Positions 9,689 through 19,868 of a stretch of 64,000 nucleotides of DNA are shown here, piece by piece (the stretch's first letter is position 1; every line of letters starts with the position of its first letter). The stretch comes from Deltaproteobacteria bacterium (lineage in GTDB: Bacteria > Desulfobacterota > Binatia > Bin18). A program made the position numbers and the translations under genes. The notes under the pieces are model-generated. The model did no database searches. It was not told the DNA's origin and was given only the letters and a program-made list of their open reading frames with translations. The DNA is taken from positions 797 to 64,796 of the forward strand of contig SHZE01000003.1 in the NCBI GenBank assembly GCA_009692435.1, written 5' to 3'.

Positions 9689-11008
9689 TTACCGCTCAAC
9701 TGCTTTGCGCACCTGCATCATTAAGCCGTGCAACGCCACGACTTCGATCTTCTGACCGACATTGATTTCCTCGTCACTCTCGGCGTTCCAATACTCGCCG
9801 TTGATCCACACCTTGCCACGCGGCGCGATACGAACCCGGACCTCGCCGATGGCCCCAACCAGCCCGCCCGTTCCAGACACTGGTTTTTGTCGCCATGCCC
9901 GTGCGGCCAACATGGTCAACCCAAACATGATGAGTCCGGCGCACAGCGCCACCGTCACGATCACACTGCGAGCAACCATCACTTCTTGCGCGGGCGTATC
10001 AAACAGAAACAACGAACCTAAGACGAAAGCAACAATACCACCGACACCGAGCAGCCCAAACGTTGGCAAAAATAACTCAGCGACCAATAGACCAATCCCT
10101 AGTAACAGTAACGACACACCCGCGTAACTGATAGGGAGCACCTGAAATGCGGTCAGCGCGAGCAGCAAACAAATACCGCCCCCAATACCGGCAAAGCCAA
10201 GGCCTGGATGGGAAAATTCCAGATATAATCCCAAGAGCCCAGCCATCATCAACAAATACGCAACCGTTGGATCCGCCACGATATTGAGCATTTTGTGCTT
10301 CAACCGCATTTCCAATTGCACGACCCGCACAGGAGCGTCCGCTGACTGAGCCAGCTTGGTTTTCACCACCACGGAAGCATTCCCCACCTCAACTTTACGG
10401 CCATCGGCTTTCCGCAAAAGGTCCTGAATGTCCACGGCGGTAAAATCGACGACTTTCTTTTGGAGCGCCTCGGTCTCCGTGATCACCACACTGTCACGGA
10501 CCGCTTTTTCGGCCCATTCCACATTGCGCCCTCGGCGTTGGGCAATGGACTCACTAAACGTGGCGGTGAAATTTTCGACCTTCTTCCGCATGTCGCCTTC
10601 GACATCCTGTCCACCACTCGCGACCGGATGAGCCGCGCCAATCGTGGTGCCAGGAGCCATCGCCGCCACATGACCAGCCATGGTGATAAACACACCCGCC
10701 GAGCCCGCACCGCCCCCACTGGGTGCCACGTAGACAATCACTGGCAGCCGCGCGGCGAAAATGTCTTGCACGATATCTTTGGTCGAAGTCAGTAACCCGC
10801 CCGGAGTATCGAGTTGGATCACCAGCGCCTGCGCGCCTTCGTCGGCGGACCGCGCGAGGCTTTCGTGAATAAAGTCCGCCGTCGCCGGGTTAATCATCGA
10901 ATCGATGACGATCAGGTTGACGTACGCGGTGGCGGGAACAGGAGGCACGGTTTGGGCCAAAAGCGGGAGCGCCCAACCTAGGAGAAGAAGGAGGACAATC
11001 ACCCACAC
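9689..11008 (-). CDS. NfeD-family membrane-bound serine protease
   Basis: It has a ClpP-like domain (LDTPGGL..GSAG), multiple TM segments and a C-terminal NfeD OB domain. The start is uncertain. GTG at 11008 gives a clean signal peptide, while ATG at 11083 would overlap the upstream UDG gene by 62 nt. Confidence 0.85.
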   Translation of the reverse strand: MWVIVLLLLLGWALPLLAQTVPPVPATAYVNLIVIDSMINPATADFIHESLARSADEGAQALVIQLDTPGGLLTSTKDIVQDIFAARLPVIVYVAPSGGGAGSAGVFITMAGHVAAMAPGTTIGAAHPVASGGQDVEGDMRKKVENFTATFSESIAQRRGRNVEWAEKAVRDSVVITETEALQKKVVDFTAVDIQDLLRKADGRKVEVGNASVVVKTKLAQSADAPVRVVQLEMRLKHKMLNIVADPTVAYLLMMAGLLGLYLEFSHPGLGFAGIGGGICLLLALTAFQVLPISYAGVSLLLLGIGLLVAELFLPTFGLLGVGGIVAFVLGSLFLFDTPAQEVMVARSVIVTVALCAGLIMFGLTMLAARAWRQKPVSGTGGLVGAIGEVRVRIAPRGKVWINGEYWNAESDEEINVGQKIEVVALHGLMMQVRKAVER

Positions 11009-11021
11009 CCGAAAGAAGGCG

Positions 11022-11831
11022 TTAGAGCCTTCCCATCTCTCGCAGCACTGCTTGAATATCAAGCCACACCAACCGTTTGTCATTGGGGTTCCGTAGGAGA
11101 TATGCCGGATGGAACGTCGGCATCAGTTTCACGCCGTGGTAACTATACCACACTCCACGGAGTCGCGAAATCGGTGTTTTGACCTGGAGTAAGGTTTGGG
11201 CCGCATACGTCCCCAAGGCAACAAGGACGCGCGGTTTGATAATATCAATTTGTTTGAGCAAAAAAGGCTGACAGGCGGCAACCTCGTCGGGTTCGGGGTT
11301 GCGATTCTCCGGCGGGCGGCACTTCACCACATTCGCGATGTAGATTTCCTCGCGCGTCATCTTCATGCCCTTGGTGATGATGTCGGTCAACAACTGTCCC
11401 GCACGACCAACGAACGGTTCGCCTTTCAGATCTTCATCGTGTCCAGGCCCCTCGCCCACGAACATCACTTCCGCTTGCGGACTCCCTACCCCAAAGACAA
11501 TGTTGGTGCGCCCTTGACACAATTTGCACCGACGACAATCGCCAATCCCAGCTCGCAAGGCTTCGAGTGTATTCACACTCTGTAACTGGGAAGCCACAAA
11601 CATATCTTGGGTTTGGGTGGGCATGGCCACAGCCTCCGCTTTCTTCATCATGGGCTCAGGGGCGAGAGCAACTGGAGCCGCTTGCTCTGGGAGAGGACGG
11701 ACGAGTACCAGTTGCTCGGCAACAGCGTGGCCTGGAAGGCTGCCGACGCCACTATCTTTGAGCGTCTCAAGATACGACCGCAGTGATTCGGCAATCTGGC
11801 GGAGGGTGTCTCGTGTGGCTTCGGCGGCCAT
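11022..11831 (-). CDS. uracil-DNA glycosylase, family 4
   Basis: It carries CRRCKLC..GxG....[12 protein letters not shown]..[11 protein letters not shown] and the C-terminal HPAYLLR motif. There is an N-terminal extension of about 90 aa. Confidence 0.9.
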   Translation of the reverse strand: MAAEATRDTLRQIAESLRSYLETLKDSGVGSLPGHAVAEQLVLVRPLPEQAAPVALAPEPMMKKAEAVAMPTQTQDMFVASQLQSVNTLEALRAGIGDCRRCKLCQGRTNIVFGVGSPQAEVMFVGEGPGHDEDLKGEPFVGRAGQLLTDIITKGMKMTREEIYIANVVKCRPPENRNPEPDEVAACQPFLLKQIDIIKPRVLVALGTYAAQTLLQVKTPISRLRGVWYSYHGVKLMPTFHPAYLLRNPNDKRLVWLDIQAVLREMGRL

Positions 11832-11846
11832 CGTGGCCTCCTATCC

Positions 11847-12845
11847 TTAGCCAGTGCGCTCAATGAGTTGTTGGACGAAGCAGACTAGGCTGTCGTAGTA
11901 CGGCGAGGGTTCGAGGTGTTCCAACGCCGCCAGGGCTTGTTGCCCGTAGGAACGAGCGAGCCGCTGCGCTTCAGGCATAACCCCGGATTGGCGAATTCTT
12001 TTCAGTACGAATTGAATTTCTTCCGCCGTGGGATCGGTCTTCTCAAAGACACGACGAATCTCGGAGTCGCGCGGAATCGCCATGACCAAGGGGAGGGAAG
12101 GATTCCCGTCTTGCAAGTCAATCCCAATCATCTTTCCAGTCAGGTCTCCGTCTCCCTCGACATCAAGCAGATCATCAACAATCTGAAACGCCATCCCTGA
12201 GCAATAGCCGCAGGTCGCCAGACTCTCGACCACGAGGTCAGACGCTCCCGCCATGTAGGCCCCAAGTCGTGCGCACTGGGAAAAGAGCGATGCCGTCTTA
12301 CGAGAAATAATTTCCAGATAATCTTCGGTCGTCACCGCCGGATTGTGACGGAACCGCCCTTGCATGATTTCGCCTTCCGTCAGGCGGATACAGGCTTCGG
12401 TCGTCCACGAGATCACTTTCTCCTCAAAACGACCACACATGGCGAAGGCACGACCGAACAGAAAGTCGCCCGCTACTAACGTCTGGGCTAAACCGTAACG
12501 ACGATAAGCCGAGGGTTTTCCCCTGCGAGTTTCGCCTCCGTCAATGATATCGTCATGGAGCAAGGACGCCGAGTGGATGAGTTCAAGGGCCGTCGCAATG
12601 TCAATAATATCGCTAGGATCCCCGCCCCCACAAGCGCGGAAGACCAGGAGCGCCACAGCGGGACGAGCGCGTTTCCCACCAGCGCTGACGAGGTAGTCCG
12701 AAATCTCACGGAGGAGAGGCTCACGTGATTGAATCTGGTAGGTGAGGGTTTTCTCGACTCGTTCGAGCTCGTCCGCGACCAAGAGATGGGGAGTCGAAAC
12801 GTCTGGGGGGAAAAAATTCGCTGAAAGTGACACTCGAGCGCTCAA
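11847..12845 (-). CDS. polyprenyl diphosphate synthase (trans-IPPS, long-chain type)
   Basis: The first DDxxD motif (LLHDDIIDGGETRRG) and the second (FQIVDDLLD) are both present. The start codon is TTG and is uncertain. Confidence 0.9.
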   Translation of the reverse strand: MSARVSLSANFFPPDVSTPHLLVADELERVEKTLTYQIQSREPLLREISDYLVSAGGKRARPAVALLVFRACGGGDPSDIIDIATALELIHSASLLHDDIIDGGETRRGKPSAYRRYGLAQTLVAGDFLFGRAFAMCGRFEEKVISWTTEACIRLTEGEIMQGRFRHNPAVTTEDYLEIISRKTASLFSQCARLGAYMAGASDLVVESLATCGYCSGMAFQIVDDLLDVEGDGDLTGKMIGIDLQDGNPSLPLVMAIPRDSEIRRVFEKTDPTAEEIQFVLKRIRQSGVMPEAQRLARSYGQQALAALEHLEPSPYYDSLVCFVQQLIERTG

Positions 12846-13009
12846 ACTGTTGTACTCTTTATTCGCTAGTCCTAGCTTCTGTGGCGTTCATAATGCCAAA
12901 GGTGGGGAAAAGGTCAAGCCGAGCCCTCCATCGGGGACCTCTTACGGCTCATCAGGAATACGTGTAATAGGGTAGACCAATATCGCGTTCACTAACGGAA
13001 GAGACACCC

Positions 13010-14242
13010 ATGCTAGCAGGAAAAACAATTGTGGTCGGAGTCACAGGTGGGATTGCCGCTTACAAAGCGGCTGAGCTTGTTCGCCTCTTGGTCAAAGACG
13101 GAGCCTTCGTCCGTGTCATCATGACGAAGAATGCTCAGGAGTTTATTACTCCCCTCACCCTGCAAACGCTGTCTGGCAACCCGGTCGCCACCGAAACGTT
13201 TAACCTCACGCAGGAGTCCGAGATCGGCCATATCCGCTTAGCCGATACTGCCGATCTCATTCTGATCGCCCCGGCTTCAGCCGATGTCATCGGTAAACTC
13301 GCGCACGGTATCGCTGATGACTTATTGACCACGGTGTTGTTGGCAACAATGGCTCCGGTCCTCGTTGCTCCCGCCATGAACGTTCACATGTACGCGCATC
13401 CCGCCGTCCAAGAGAATATCCGCATCCTTGGGCAGCGCGGCTACCGGTTCGTTGAACCCGCTGAAGGATTCCTCGCCTGTGGCTATGAAGGCAAAGGGCG
13501 ACTCGCCGATCCTGAAGATATTGTCGAAGAAGCGCGCGCGACCCTCACGAAGAAAGACCTCACCACGGAACGGATTATTGTCACGGCTGGCCCCAATGCC
13601 GAGCCCATTGATCCCGTGCGGTTTATCACCAACCGTTCAACGGGCAAGATGGGATTCGCTATGGCACGAGTGGCATGGCGAAGGGGAGCTAACGTAACCT
13701 TAGTGAGCGGGCCAACCTCACGGACTCCACCACGCGGAGTCCGGTTCCGCTCGGTCCGCACAGCACTGGAAATGCAGCAGGCTGTGCTTTCCTCTTACGA
13801 CGACGCGACCATGGTCATCTCCGCCGCCGCGATCGCGGATTATCGTCCAGCGCACGTCGCACCACAAAAGATCAAAAAACAGGATGGTGCTTTCGTTATC
13901 GAAATGACGCGCAATCCGGACATTCTGGCCGGGCTCGGTCAACAGAAAGGCAATCGACTGTTGGTCGGCTTCGCCACGGAAACGGAAAACGTCCTACAAA
14001 ATGCGATGGGCAAACTGCAAAGGAAGAATCTCGACATGATCGTGGCGAACGATGTCACTCAGGAAGGGGCGGGCTTCGCTCACGACACCAACATCGTCAC
14101 CCTCATCGATCGTGGTAAACGAATGGAAACCTTACCGCTGATGAGCAAGGACGAAGTCGCGCATACCGTCTATGATCGCCTGCTCGCGCTGAGGAAAGGA
14201 ATCGGAGAATCGGAGAATCGGGGAATCGGCGACGATCATTAG
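13010..14242 (+). CDS. coaBC: bifunctional phosphopantothenoylcysteine decarboxylase / phosphopantothenate-cysteine ligase
   Basis: The N-terminal flavoprotein domain (GVTGGIAAYKA) and the C-terminal CoaB domain (NRSTGKMG) are present. The last ~14 codons are encoded by GGAGAATC word repeats. Confidence 0.95.
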   Translation: MLAGKTIVVGVTGGIAAYKAAELVRLLVKDGAFVRVIMTKNAQEFITPLTLQTLSGNPVATETFNLTQESEIGHIRLADTADLILIAPASADVIGKLAHGIADDLLTTVLLATMAPVLVAPAMNVHMYAHPAVQENIRILGQRGYRFVEPAEGFLACGYEGKGRLADPEDIVEEARATLTKKDLTTERIIVTAGPNAEPIDPVRFITNRSTGKMGFAMARVAWRRGANVTLVSGPTSRTPPRGVRFRSVRTALEMQQAVLSSYDDATMVISAAAIADYRPAHVAPQKIKKQDGAFVIEMTRNPDILAGLGQQKGNRLLVGFATETENVLQNAMGKLQRKNLDMIVANDVTQEGAGFAHDTNIVTLIDRGKRMETLPLMSKDEVAHTVYDRLLALRKGIGESENRGIGDDH

Positions 14243-14691
14243 GCTTCCTGGCGAAGGAACTGCTTCACGTCCGACGGTAAGCGCTTGATCTTCCCCTGAT
14301 GATCGACACACGCATGCAGCGTATGTCCTTCGGCGATTAGTGTCGCATCAGTTGTTCGCGTAATCCGATAAGCAAAGCGCGTACTCGCTCCGCCGACTTC
14401 CTCAATGGTGGTCGTGATGAGCAACTCGTCATCAAATCGCGCGGGCACCCAATACCGACAAAACGCCTCACGCACGGGAAAGTGGAATCCCTCGGCTTCA
14501 AACTCTTGGTAGGGTTTTCCGAGTGCACGCAAGAGTTCCACTCGGCCAACCTCGAACCAGGGGAGAAAGGCCGAGTGGTGCGCCATGCCCGCCTGGTCGG
14601 TCTCGGCATAGCGGACCCGCACGACAGAGGCGTGGGATTTAGGAGTGAGGATTTGGGAGTGAGAAGGACGGTTCTCAATTGTATTAGTCAT
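14239..14691 (-). CDS. acyl-CoA thioesterase (4HBT/YbgC hotdog family)
   Basis: VRVRYAETDQAGMAHHSAFLPWFE is the typical YbgC-type catalytic Asp context. Confidence 0.85.
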   Translation of the reverse strand: MTNTIENRPSHSQILTPKSHASVVRVRYAETDQAGMAHHSAFLPWFEVGRVELLRALGKPYQEFEAEGFHFPVREAFCRYWVPARFDDELLITTTIEEVGGASTRFAYRITRTTDATLIAEGHTLHACVDHQGKIKRLPSDVKQFLRQEA

Positions 14692-14756
14692 TCACTCGTC
14701 CATGCCCGACGCTTTTCCCTCTTTCTACCATCCCCCAATCCCTAAATACCGATCCC

Positions 14757-15536
14757 CTACTTCGCTTTCCAATTGGGTTTCCGTTTCTCGGCGAATGCCT
14801 TCGGTCCTTCTTTCACATCTTCCGAGCGCATCATCTCAGCAGTCGCCGGATAGGAACCAGCTAGGGCTTGATCGAGCGGAAGACCGAGTCCCATCATGGC
14901 GGCTTGTTTGGTGGCCCGGATCGACAGCGGAGCGCATTCGAGAATTTCATTGGCCCACCGTTCCGCTGTCGCCAGCAAATCCTTCAGCGGCACGACTTCA
15001 TTGACAATCCCCAATCGTAGAGCTTCTTGCGCGGTCATGTGTCGCCCAGTGAGCATATAACCCATCGCAATTTTCAAGGGGATTTGTCGAGGCAACCGAT
15101 GCACGCCACCGGCCATAGCTGCCAACCCTACACGCGGCTCCGGCAATCCCAAGCGGGCATGGTCAGCGGCAATAATGATGTCGCAAGCCAAGGCCATTTC
15201 AAATCCACCACCTAAAGCAAAACCATTGACCGCCGCGATCATTGGTTTCCACACCTCCGTGCGATCGGTAATCCCACCAAACCCACCCTTCGGGCGTGGG
15301 CCCATCGGCATTCCTTTTGAGGCGGTGTATTTGAGGTCATTTCCGGCGGAGAACGCACGTTCGCCAGCGCCAGTGAGAATAATCACCCACACGTTGTCAT
15401 CAGCAATGGCATCATCCCATATCGCCGACAGTTCCGCTGTCGCCGGGGGGTGGACCGCGTTCATGTTTTCCGGTCGGTTCATCGTAATGGTCGCGATACG
15501 TCCTTTCTTCTCATACCTGGCGAACTCGTAGGCCAT
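14757..15536 (-). CDS. enoyl-CoA hydratase/isomerase (crotonase) family protein
   Basis: The crotonase fold motifs (FSAGNDLK, AAVNGFALGGGFEMALACD) are present. RBS GAAGGAGG. Confidence 0.9.
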   Translation of the reverse strand: MAYEFARYEKKGRIATITMNRPENMNAVHPPATAELSAIWDDAIADDNVWVIILTGAGERAFSAGNDLKYTASKGMPMGPRPKGGFGGITDRTEVWKPMIAAVNGFALGGGFEMALACDIIIAADHARLGLPEPRVGLAAMAGGVHRLPRQIPLKIAMGYMLTGRHMTAQEALRLGIVNEVVPLKDLLATAERWANEILECAPLSIRATKQAAMMGLGLPLDQALAGSYPATAEMMRSEDVKEGPKAFAEKRKPNWKAK

Positions 15537-15617
15537 AATGGTTCCTCCTTCTGTGTCTTCAAGGCCGCGCCGTGGTTTTTCGTCCGGCCTAGCGCGGTTG
15601 GATAGTACCGTTCAAGC

Positions 15618-16373
15618 ATGGTAAAAGCAACAAAAATGGCGCTCGACTCCCAACCACTTCTCGGTCAGATCGCGATTATCACCGGTGCCAGCCGCGGCAT
15701 TGGTCGCGCCATCGCCTTACGTCTCGCTCAGGATGGGGCAACAACAGTGCTCGCCGCTCGTACTGAGCAAGCATTGCACGAAGTCGCCCAGAGGATTCAT
15801 ACCAGCGGAGGAACCTCACTCGTCGTTCCTATGGATGTCACTGAGGATCAGCAACTCACGGCGCTCATTGATCGGACACTCGCGCGGTACAATCGCATCG
15901 ATATGCTCGTGAATAACGCGGGTGGGGGACCCCCACGCACACCGATCACGAAGGCGCGACTCACGGATTGGGAATGGACGTTACGCGTCAATCTGTGGGC
16001 GACGATGGTGCTCAGCAAACTCGTGCTTCCAGGGATGATTGAACGTCGGCAGGGTGCGATCATCAACATCTGCTCGCTTGCTGGCATCACTGGCAAGGCT
16101 GGCGAAGCCGCATACGCCGCTGCGAAATTCGGGGTTCGGGGATTTACGCAGTCGTTATTCGACGAAGTGCATGAGTATGGTATCAAGGTGTCGGGCATTT
16201 TTCCTGGCTATGTCGATACTGCAATGATTCCGCCCAATCGCCGCGTTGAGCGCACCAAGATGCTCCGGCCAGAAGATGTGGCGGAGGCTGTCTACAACGT
16301 TGTCACCGCGTCGGCGCGCGCATGTCCAGTCGAAATCACCCTCCAGCCACAACATGACCCGGTGAGGACGTGA
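15618..16373 (+). CDS. SDR family oxidoreductase
   Basis: TGASRGIG, NNAG and YAAAK motifs are present. Confidence 0.9.
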   Translation: MVKATKMALDSQPLLGQIAIITGASRGIGRAIALRLAQDGATTVLAARTEQALHEVAQRIHTSGGTSLVVPMDVTEDQQLTALIDRTLARYNRIDMLVNNAGGGPPRTPITKARLTDWEWTLRVNLWATMVLSKLVLPGMIERRQGAIINICSLAGITGKAGEAAYAAAKFGVRGFTQSLFDEVHEYGIKVSGIFPGYVDTAMIPPNRRVERTKMLRPEDVAEAVYNVVTASARACPVEITLQPQHDPVRT

Positions 16374-16412
16374 AAAGTCAAAAGTCAAAAGTCAAAAGTC
16401 AAAAGTCAAAAG
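16373..16412. repeat. heptanucleotide tandem repeat (AAAGTCA) of about 5.5 units
   Basis: The sequence reads aaaagtcaaaagtcaaaagtcaaaagtcaaaagtcaaaag and begins at the stop codon of the SDR gene. Confidence 0.9.
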
Positions 16413-16482
16413 AGAGGCGACGAAAAGCGTAAGGGACGGCGAATAACCCAAGATTTTTTATGCTTTACGTTTTATCCCCTCC

Positions 16483-17214
16483 ATGAATCTCACAGGCAAA
16501 GTCATTCTCATCACTGGTGGTGCCAAACGTGTCGGCAAAGCTATTGTCCATGCTTTCGCGGCCCGCGACTGCAAGTTGATCGTCCACTATCATACCTCGC
16601 ATCACGAAGCGGAGCAGACCGTTCAGGAACTCCTTGCCGCTGGCCATGAAGCGGTGGCGGTTCAAGCGGATATCTCCCAAGAAGCAGATGTTGAGCGCAT
16701 GGTCGAGACTGCCGTCGCACGGTTTGGGCGCATTGACGTGCTCGTCAACAACGCCGCCGTCTTTTTCCGTACTCCCATCGATACGCTTTCCATTGAGGAA
16801 TGGGAGCAGGTGCTCGACGTGAATCTCACCGGGACGTTTCTGTGCACGCAGAAAATCGGCCTCCGCATGCGTGAATGGGGCTGGGGGCATATCATCAATA
16901 TCGCCGATGTCGCGGGTCAACGCCCGTGGGCGGATTATATCCCGTACTCCGTGTCAAAGGCATGTGTGATCACCCTGACGCAAGGGCTCGCCCTCGAACT
17001 CGCGCCAGAAGTGATGGTCAACGCTATTCTTCCTGGTCCCGTCCTCTTTCAAGACGAAACACCGGAGCCTGTCCGCCAACGAGAGATTGAGAAAACCCTG
17101 GCTAAACGCGCCGGAACGCCGGAAGAAGTTGCCAACCTGGTTGTCTTTGTCGCAGAATCCGACTACAGCACTGGGGGACTATTCCACGTAGACGGCGGAA
17201 GAGCGCTCGCTTAA
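16483..17214 (+). CDS. SDR family oxidoreductase (pteridine-reductase-like TGGAKRVG subtype)
   Basis: TGGAKRVG, NNAA and YSVSK motifs are present. Confidence 0.9.
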   Translation: MNLTGKVILITGGAKRVGKAIVHAFAARDCKLIVHYHTSHHEAEQTVQELLAAGHEAVAVQADISQEADVERMVETAVARFGRIDVLVNNAAVFFRTPIDTLSIEEWEQVLDVNLTGTFLCTQKIGLRMREWGWGHIINIADVAGQRPWADYIPYSVSKACVITLTQGLALELAPEVMVNAILPGPVLFQDETPEPVRQREIEKTLAKRAGTPEEVANLVVFVAESDYSTGGLFHVDGGRALA

Positions 17215-17215
17215 A

Positions 17216-17848
17216 GTGCGAAATAGACTTCCTTGCATGCCACACCCGCGTTTCGCACTTCCCACCCCGCCACCGACGTGGTCAGATATTTTCGGCAACA
17301 CCAACCCGGTTGAAGTCGAGATTGGCCCGGGAAAAGGTGGATTCCTCCTTGCCCTGGCGCGCAACACTCCAGGACGGAATTTCTTTGGGGTCGAAATATT
17401 GGGCCGTCGAGCCGCACGGTTAGCGTCGCTCATCGAACGCGACGGTCCAGGCAATGTTATCGCCATTCACGCCGACATCACCTGCTTGCTGCCGTTGATG
17501 GTTTGGCCAGCCTCGGTCACCGCATACCATCTCTATTTTCCCGACCCGTGGTGGAAGCGCCGCCACCACAATCGTCGCTTGTTTCGTGACGACTTCACAA
17601 CAGCGTTAGTGCGGACGCTCACTCCCGGTGGAACAATTTTTCTGGCTTCGGATGTAGAGCAATACTTTACGGAGATTGTCCGGCAGTTCACGGGCGTGGC
17701 GGAGTTGACGCCGTTCGCATGGGAACGAGATCAGGTCAATCGACGCGGGAAGCCGATTCTGACCGATTTTGAACGCAAGTATCGGTACGAGGGCCGCCCG
17801 CTGTTTTATACGGGATTTCGGAAGGGGGAAGAAAGAAAAATCACTTAA
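17216..17848 (+). CDS. trmB: tRNA (guanine46-N7)-methyltransferase
   Basis: VEIGPGKGGFL and FPDPWWKRRHHNRRL motifs are present. The start is GTG 17216 or ATG 17237. Confidence 0.9.
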   Translation: MRNRLPCMPHPRFALPTPPPTWSDIFGNTNPVEVEIGPGKGGFLLALARNTPGRNFFGVEILGRRAARLASLIERDGPGNVIAIHADITCLLPLMVWPASVTAYHLYFPDPWWKRRHHNRRLFRDDFTTALVRTLTPGGTIFLASDVEQYFTEIVRQFTGVAELTPFAWERDQVNRRGKPILTDFERKYRYEGRPLFYTGFRKGEERKIT

Positions 17849-17921
17849 TCCCCCTGACCCTCTCCCAGCCAGGAGAGGGAACCGGAAAGCAGCCTCGCTG
17901 CCCTCTCAGTCAGAACAAGAA

Positions 17922-19772
17922 CTAGGCCACGACTTTTTTGATGAATTCCACGATCCTACGCGCGCTGATCCCGTGCGCGTCCAGTAACTCTTCCGGTTTG
18001 CCAGATCGTGGCACTTCGGTCACGGCAACCTTATGGACCCGAACGCCGTGGAGTGCTACGGCATTCAACACTGCATCTCCAAGCCCCCCCTCAGCATAGT
18101 GGTCCTCGACAACCACAAGCGTGTTGCGGGTCTGCCCTGCCGCCTGCAAGAGGCCTTGGCTGTCAATCGGTTTCACGGAATAGGCGTCAATCACACGGAT
18201 ATTGATGCCAACGGCTTTAAGCGTGTCACACGCAGCCAGGGCTTCATGCAGCGTCACCCCCGCTGCCACTACAGTGAGGGAGTCATTCGCACTGGAGCGC
18301 ACGATTTTACTGCCGCCAACAGGAAATTTTTCCGTATTAGCATAGAGCACTGGGGTCGCTGGCCGTGAGGTGCGGATATAGGTTGCCCCTTTCAACCCTG
18401 CCGCTGCCGCCACCAAGCGTTCCGCCGCTACCGCATCGGATGGATAGAGTACCGTTGAGTTGGGAATCGCCCGCATCATCGCGAGGTCTTCAAGGCCCAT
18501 TTGCGATGGACCATCCTCACCAATCGAGACGCCGCAATGCGATCCCACATAAGTAATAGAAACTCCCGAAACCGCGGCCATACGAATGTTATCAAACGCA
18601 CGCGTCAAGAAGGCGGCAAACGTCGAGACGAAAGGAATTTTGCCGCAAGCGGCGAATCCAACCGCCGCACTCACCATATTCTGCTCGGCAATGAAGCTCT
18701 CGAAGTAGCGCGCTGGATGCGCCTCCTTGAATTTATCGGCAAAGGTCGAATTCTTGGTATCGCCATCAAGCGCCACCACGAGGGGATTCACGGCTCCCAG
18801 CTTCGCCAACGCCGTGCCGTAAGCCGCACGGGTCGCCACCTTCTCTCCGAGTTGATAATTCGGCGAAGGATACGGTGCCGGAGACCCAACCGCACGTCCC
18901 ATATCTGCCGGAGGAGTGGTCACGTGGGCAGTGGCACTACTTCCGTTCAGCGGAAGTTCCCGCAATGCCTTTTCGAGTTCCTCCCCCTTTTTCAGCGGCT
19001 TGCCATGCCACCCCTCTTTATCTTCTAAAAAAGAAACGCCCTTCCCTTTGATCGTGTTCGCGACGATCATCGTCGGACGACCCTTTTCTGTTTGTGCCTT
19101 ATCAAGCGCGGCGGTGATCTCTTGAAGATTGTGTCCATCGACGGATACGGCATGCCAGCCAAACGCGGCGAAGCGCGCGCGATACACTTCGACGTCGTGG
19201 TTGTACATCGTGCGTTGACTCTGCCCAAGCCCGTTGACATCAATAATGCCAACCAGATTGTCGAGTTGATAATGAGAAGCCAGCGCCGCTGCCTCCCAGA
19301 CACTGCCCTCGGCGATTTCGCCATCGCCGAGCAGCACGTAGACGCGGGCGCTTAGCTTGTCGAGATACTTGCCATTGAGGGCCATCCCCACACCAACCGA
19401 CAGCCCTTGCCCAAGTGACCCCGTCGCCGCTCCTACCCAAGGAATACGCGGGGTAGGATGTCCTTCGAGGTCACTGGTGATTTTTCGTAGGGTATCCAGT
19501 TGTGAGATCGGCAGCGCCCCGGCCTCGGCGAGTGCCGCATACAACACCGGAGCCGCATGTCCTTTCGAGAGCACGAAGCGGTCATTGTTGGGATGCGCTG
19601 GATTCCGAGGGTCAAAGCGCATCGCATGAAAGAAGAGCGCCGACATCAGTTCCGCGGCTGACAGACACGAAGTCGGATGGCCAGAGCCCGCTTCCGCGGT
19701 TGATCGCAAAGAGTGAATGCGCAGTTTTCGCGCGGCGGTTTGGAGGGCGGCAATATCTTGAGCTGAGGTCAC
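17922..19772 (-). CDS. tkt: transketolase
   Basis: 616 aa. The ThDP motif GDGEIAEGSVWEA and the SGHPTSCLS and pyrimidine-binding domain patterns are present. GTG start. Confidence 0.95.
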   Translation of the reverse strand: MTSAQDIAALQTAARKLRIHSLRSTAEAGSGHPTSCLSAAELMSALFFHAMRFDPRNPAHPNNDRFVLSKGHAAPVLYAALAEAGALPISQLDTLRKITSDLEGHPTPRIPWVGAATGSLGQGLSVGVGMALNGKYLDKLSARVYVLLGDGEIAEGSVWEAAALASHYQLDNLVGIIDVNGLGQSQRTMYNHDVEVYRARFAAFGWHAVSVDGHNLQEITAALDKAQTEKGRPTMIVANTIKGKGVSFLEDKEGWHGKPLKKGEELEKALRELPLNGSSATAHVTTPPADMGRAVGSPAPYPSPNYQLGEKVATRAAYGTALAKLGAVNPLVVALDGDTKNSTFADKFKEAHPARYFESFIAEQNMVSAAVGFAACGKIPFVSTFAAFLTRAFDNIRMAAVSGVSITYVGSHCGVSIGEDGPSQMGLEDLAMMRAIPNSTVLYPSDAVAAERLVAAAAGLKGATYIRTSRPATPVLYANTEKFPVGGSKIVRSSANDSLTVVAAGVTLHEALAACDTLKAVGINIRVIDAYSVKPIDSQGLLQAAGQTRNTLVVVEDHYAEGGLGDAVLNAVALHGVRVHKVAVTEVPRSGKPEELLDAHGISARRIVEFIKKVVA

Positions 19773-19807
19773 GGTTTGGTACTCCTACTTTTGCTTGGAC
19801 ACAAATA

Positions 19808-19835
19808 GCAAGGGCACGGCGGACCGTGCCCTTGC
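19808..19835 (-). terminator. hairpin terminator downstream of the MoaD-like gene
   Basis: Perfect 12-bp stem gcaagggcacgg/ccgtgcccttgc with a 4-nt loop. On the minus strand it is followed by TATTTGTGT. Confidence 0.55.
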
Positions 19836-19868
19836 ACTACTCAAATCGACACGTCTCGGCACGCACTG

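Noticed and set aside
16373-16412. A possible CRISPR-like or other spaced repeat array
   Set aside because: The unit is only 7 nt with no spacers, so this is a simple microsatellite. No repeat-spacer architecture exists anywhere in the window.
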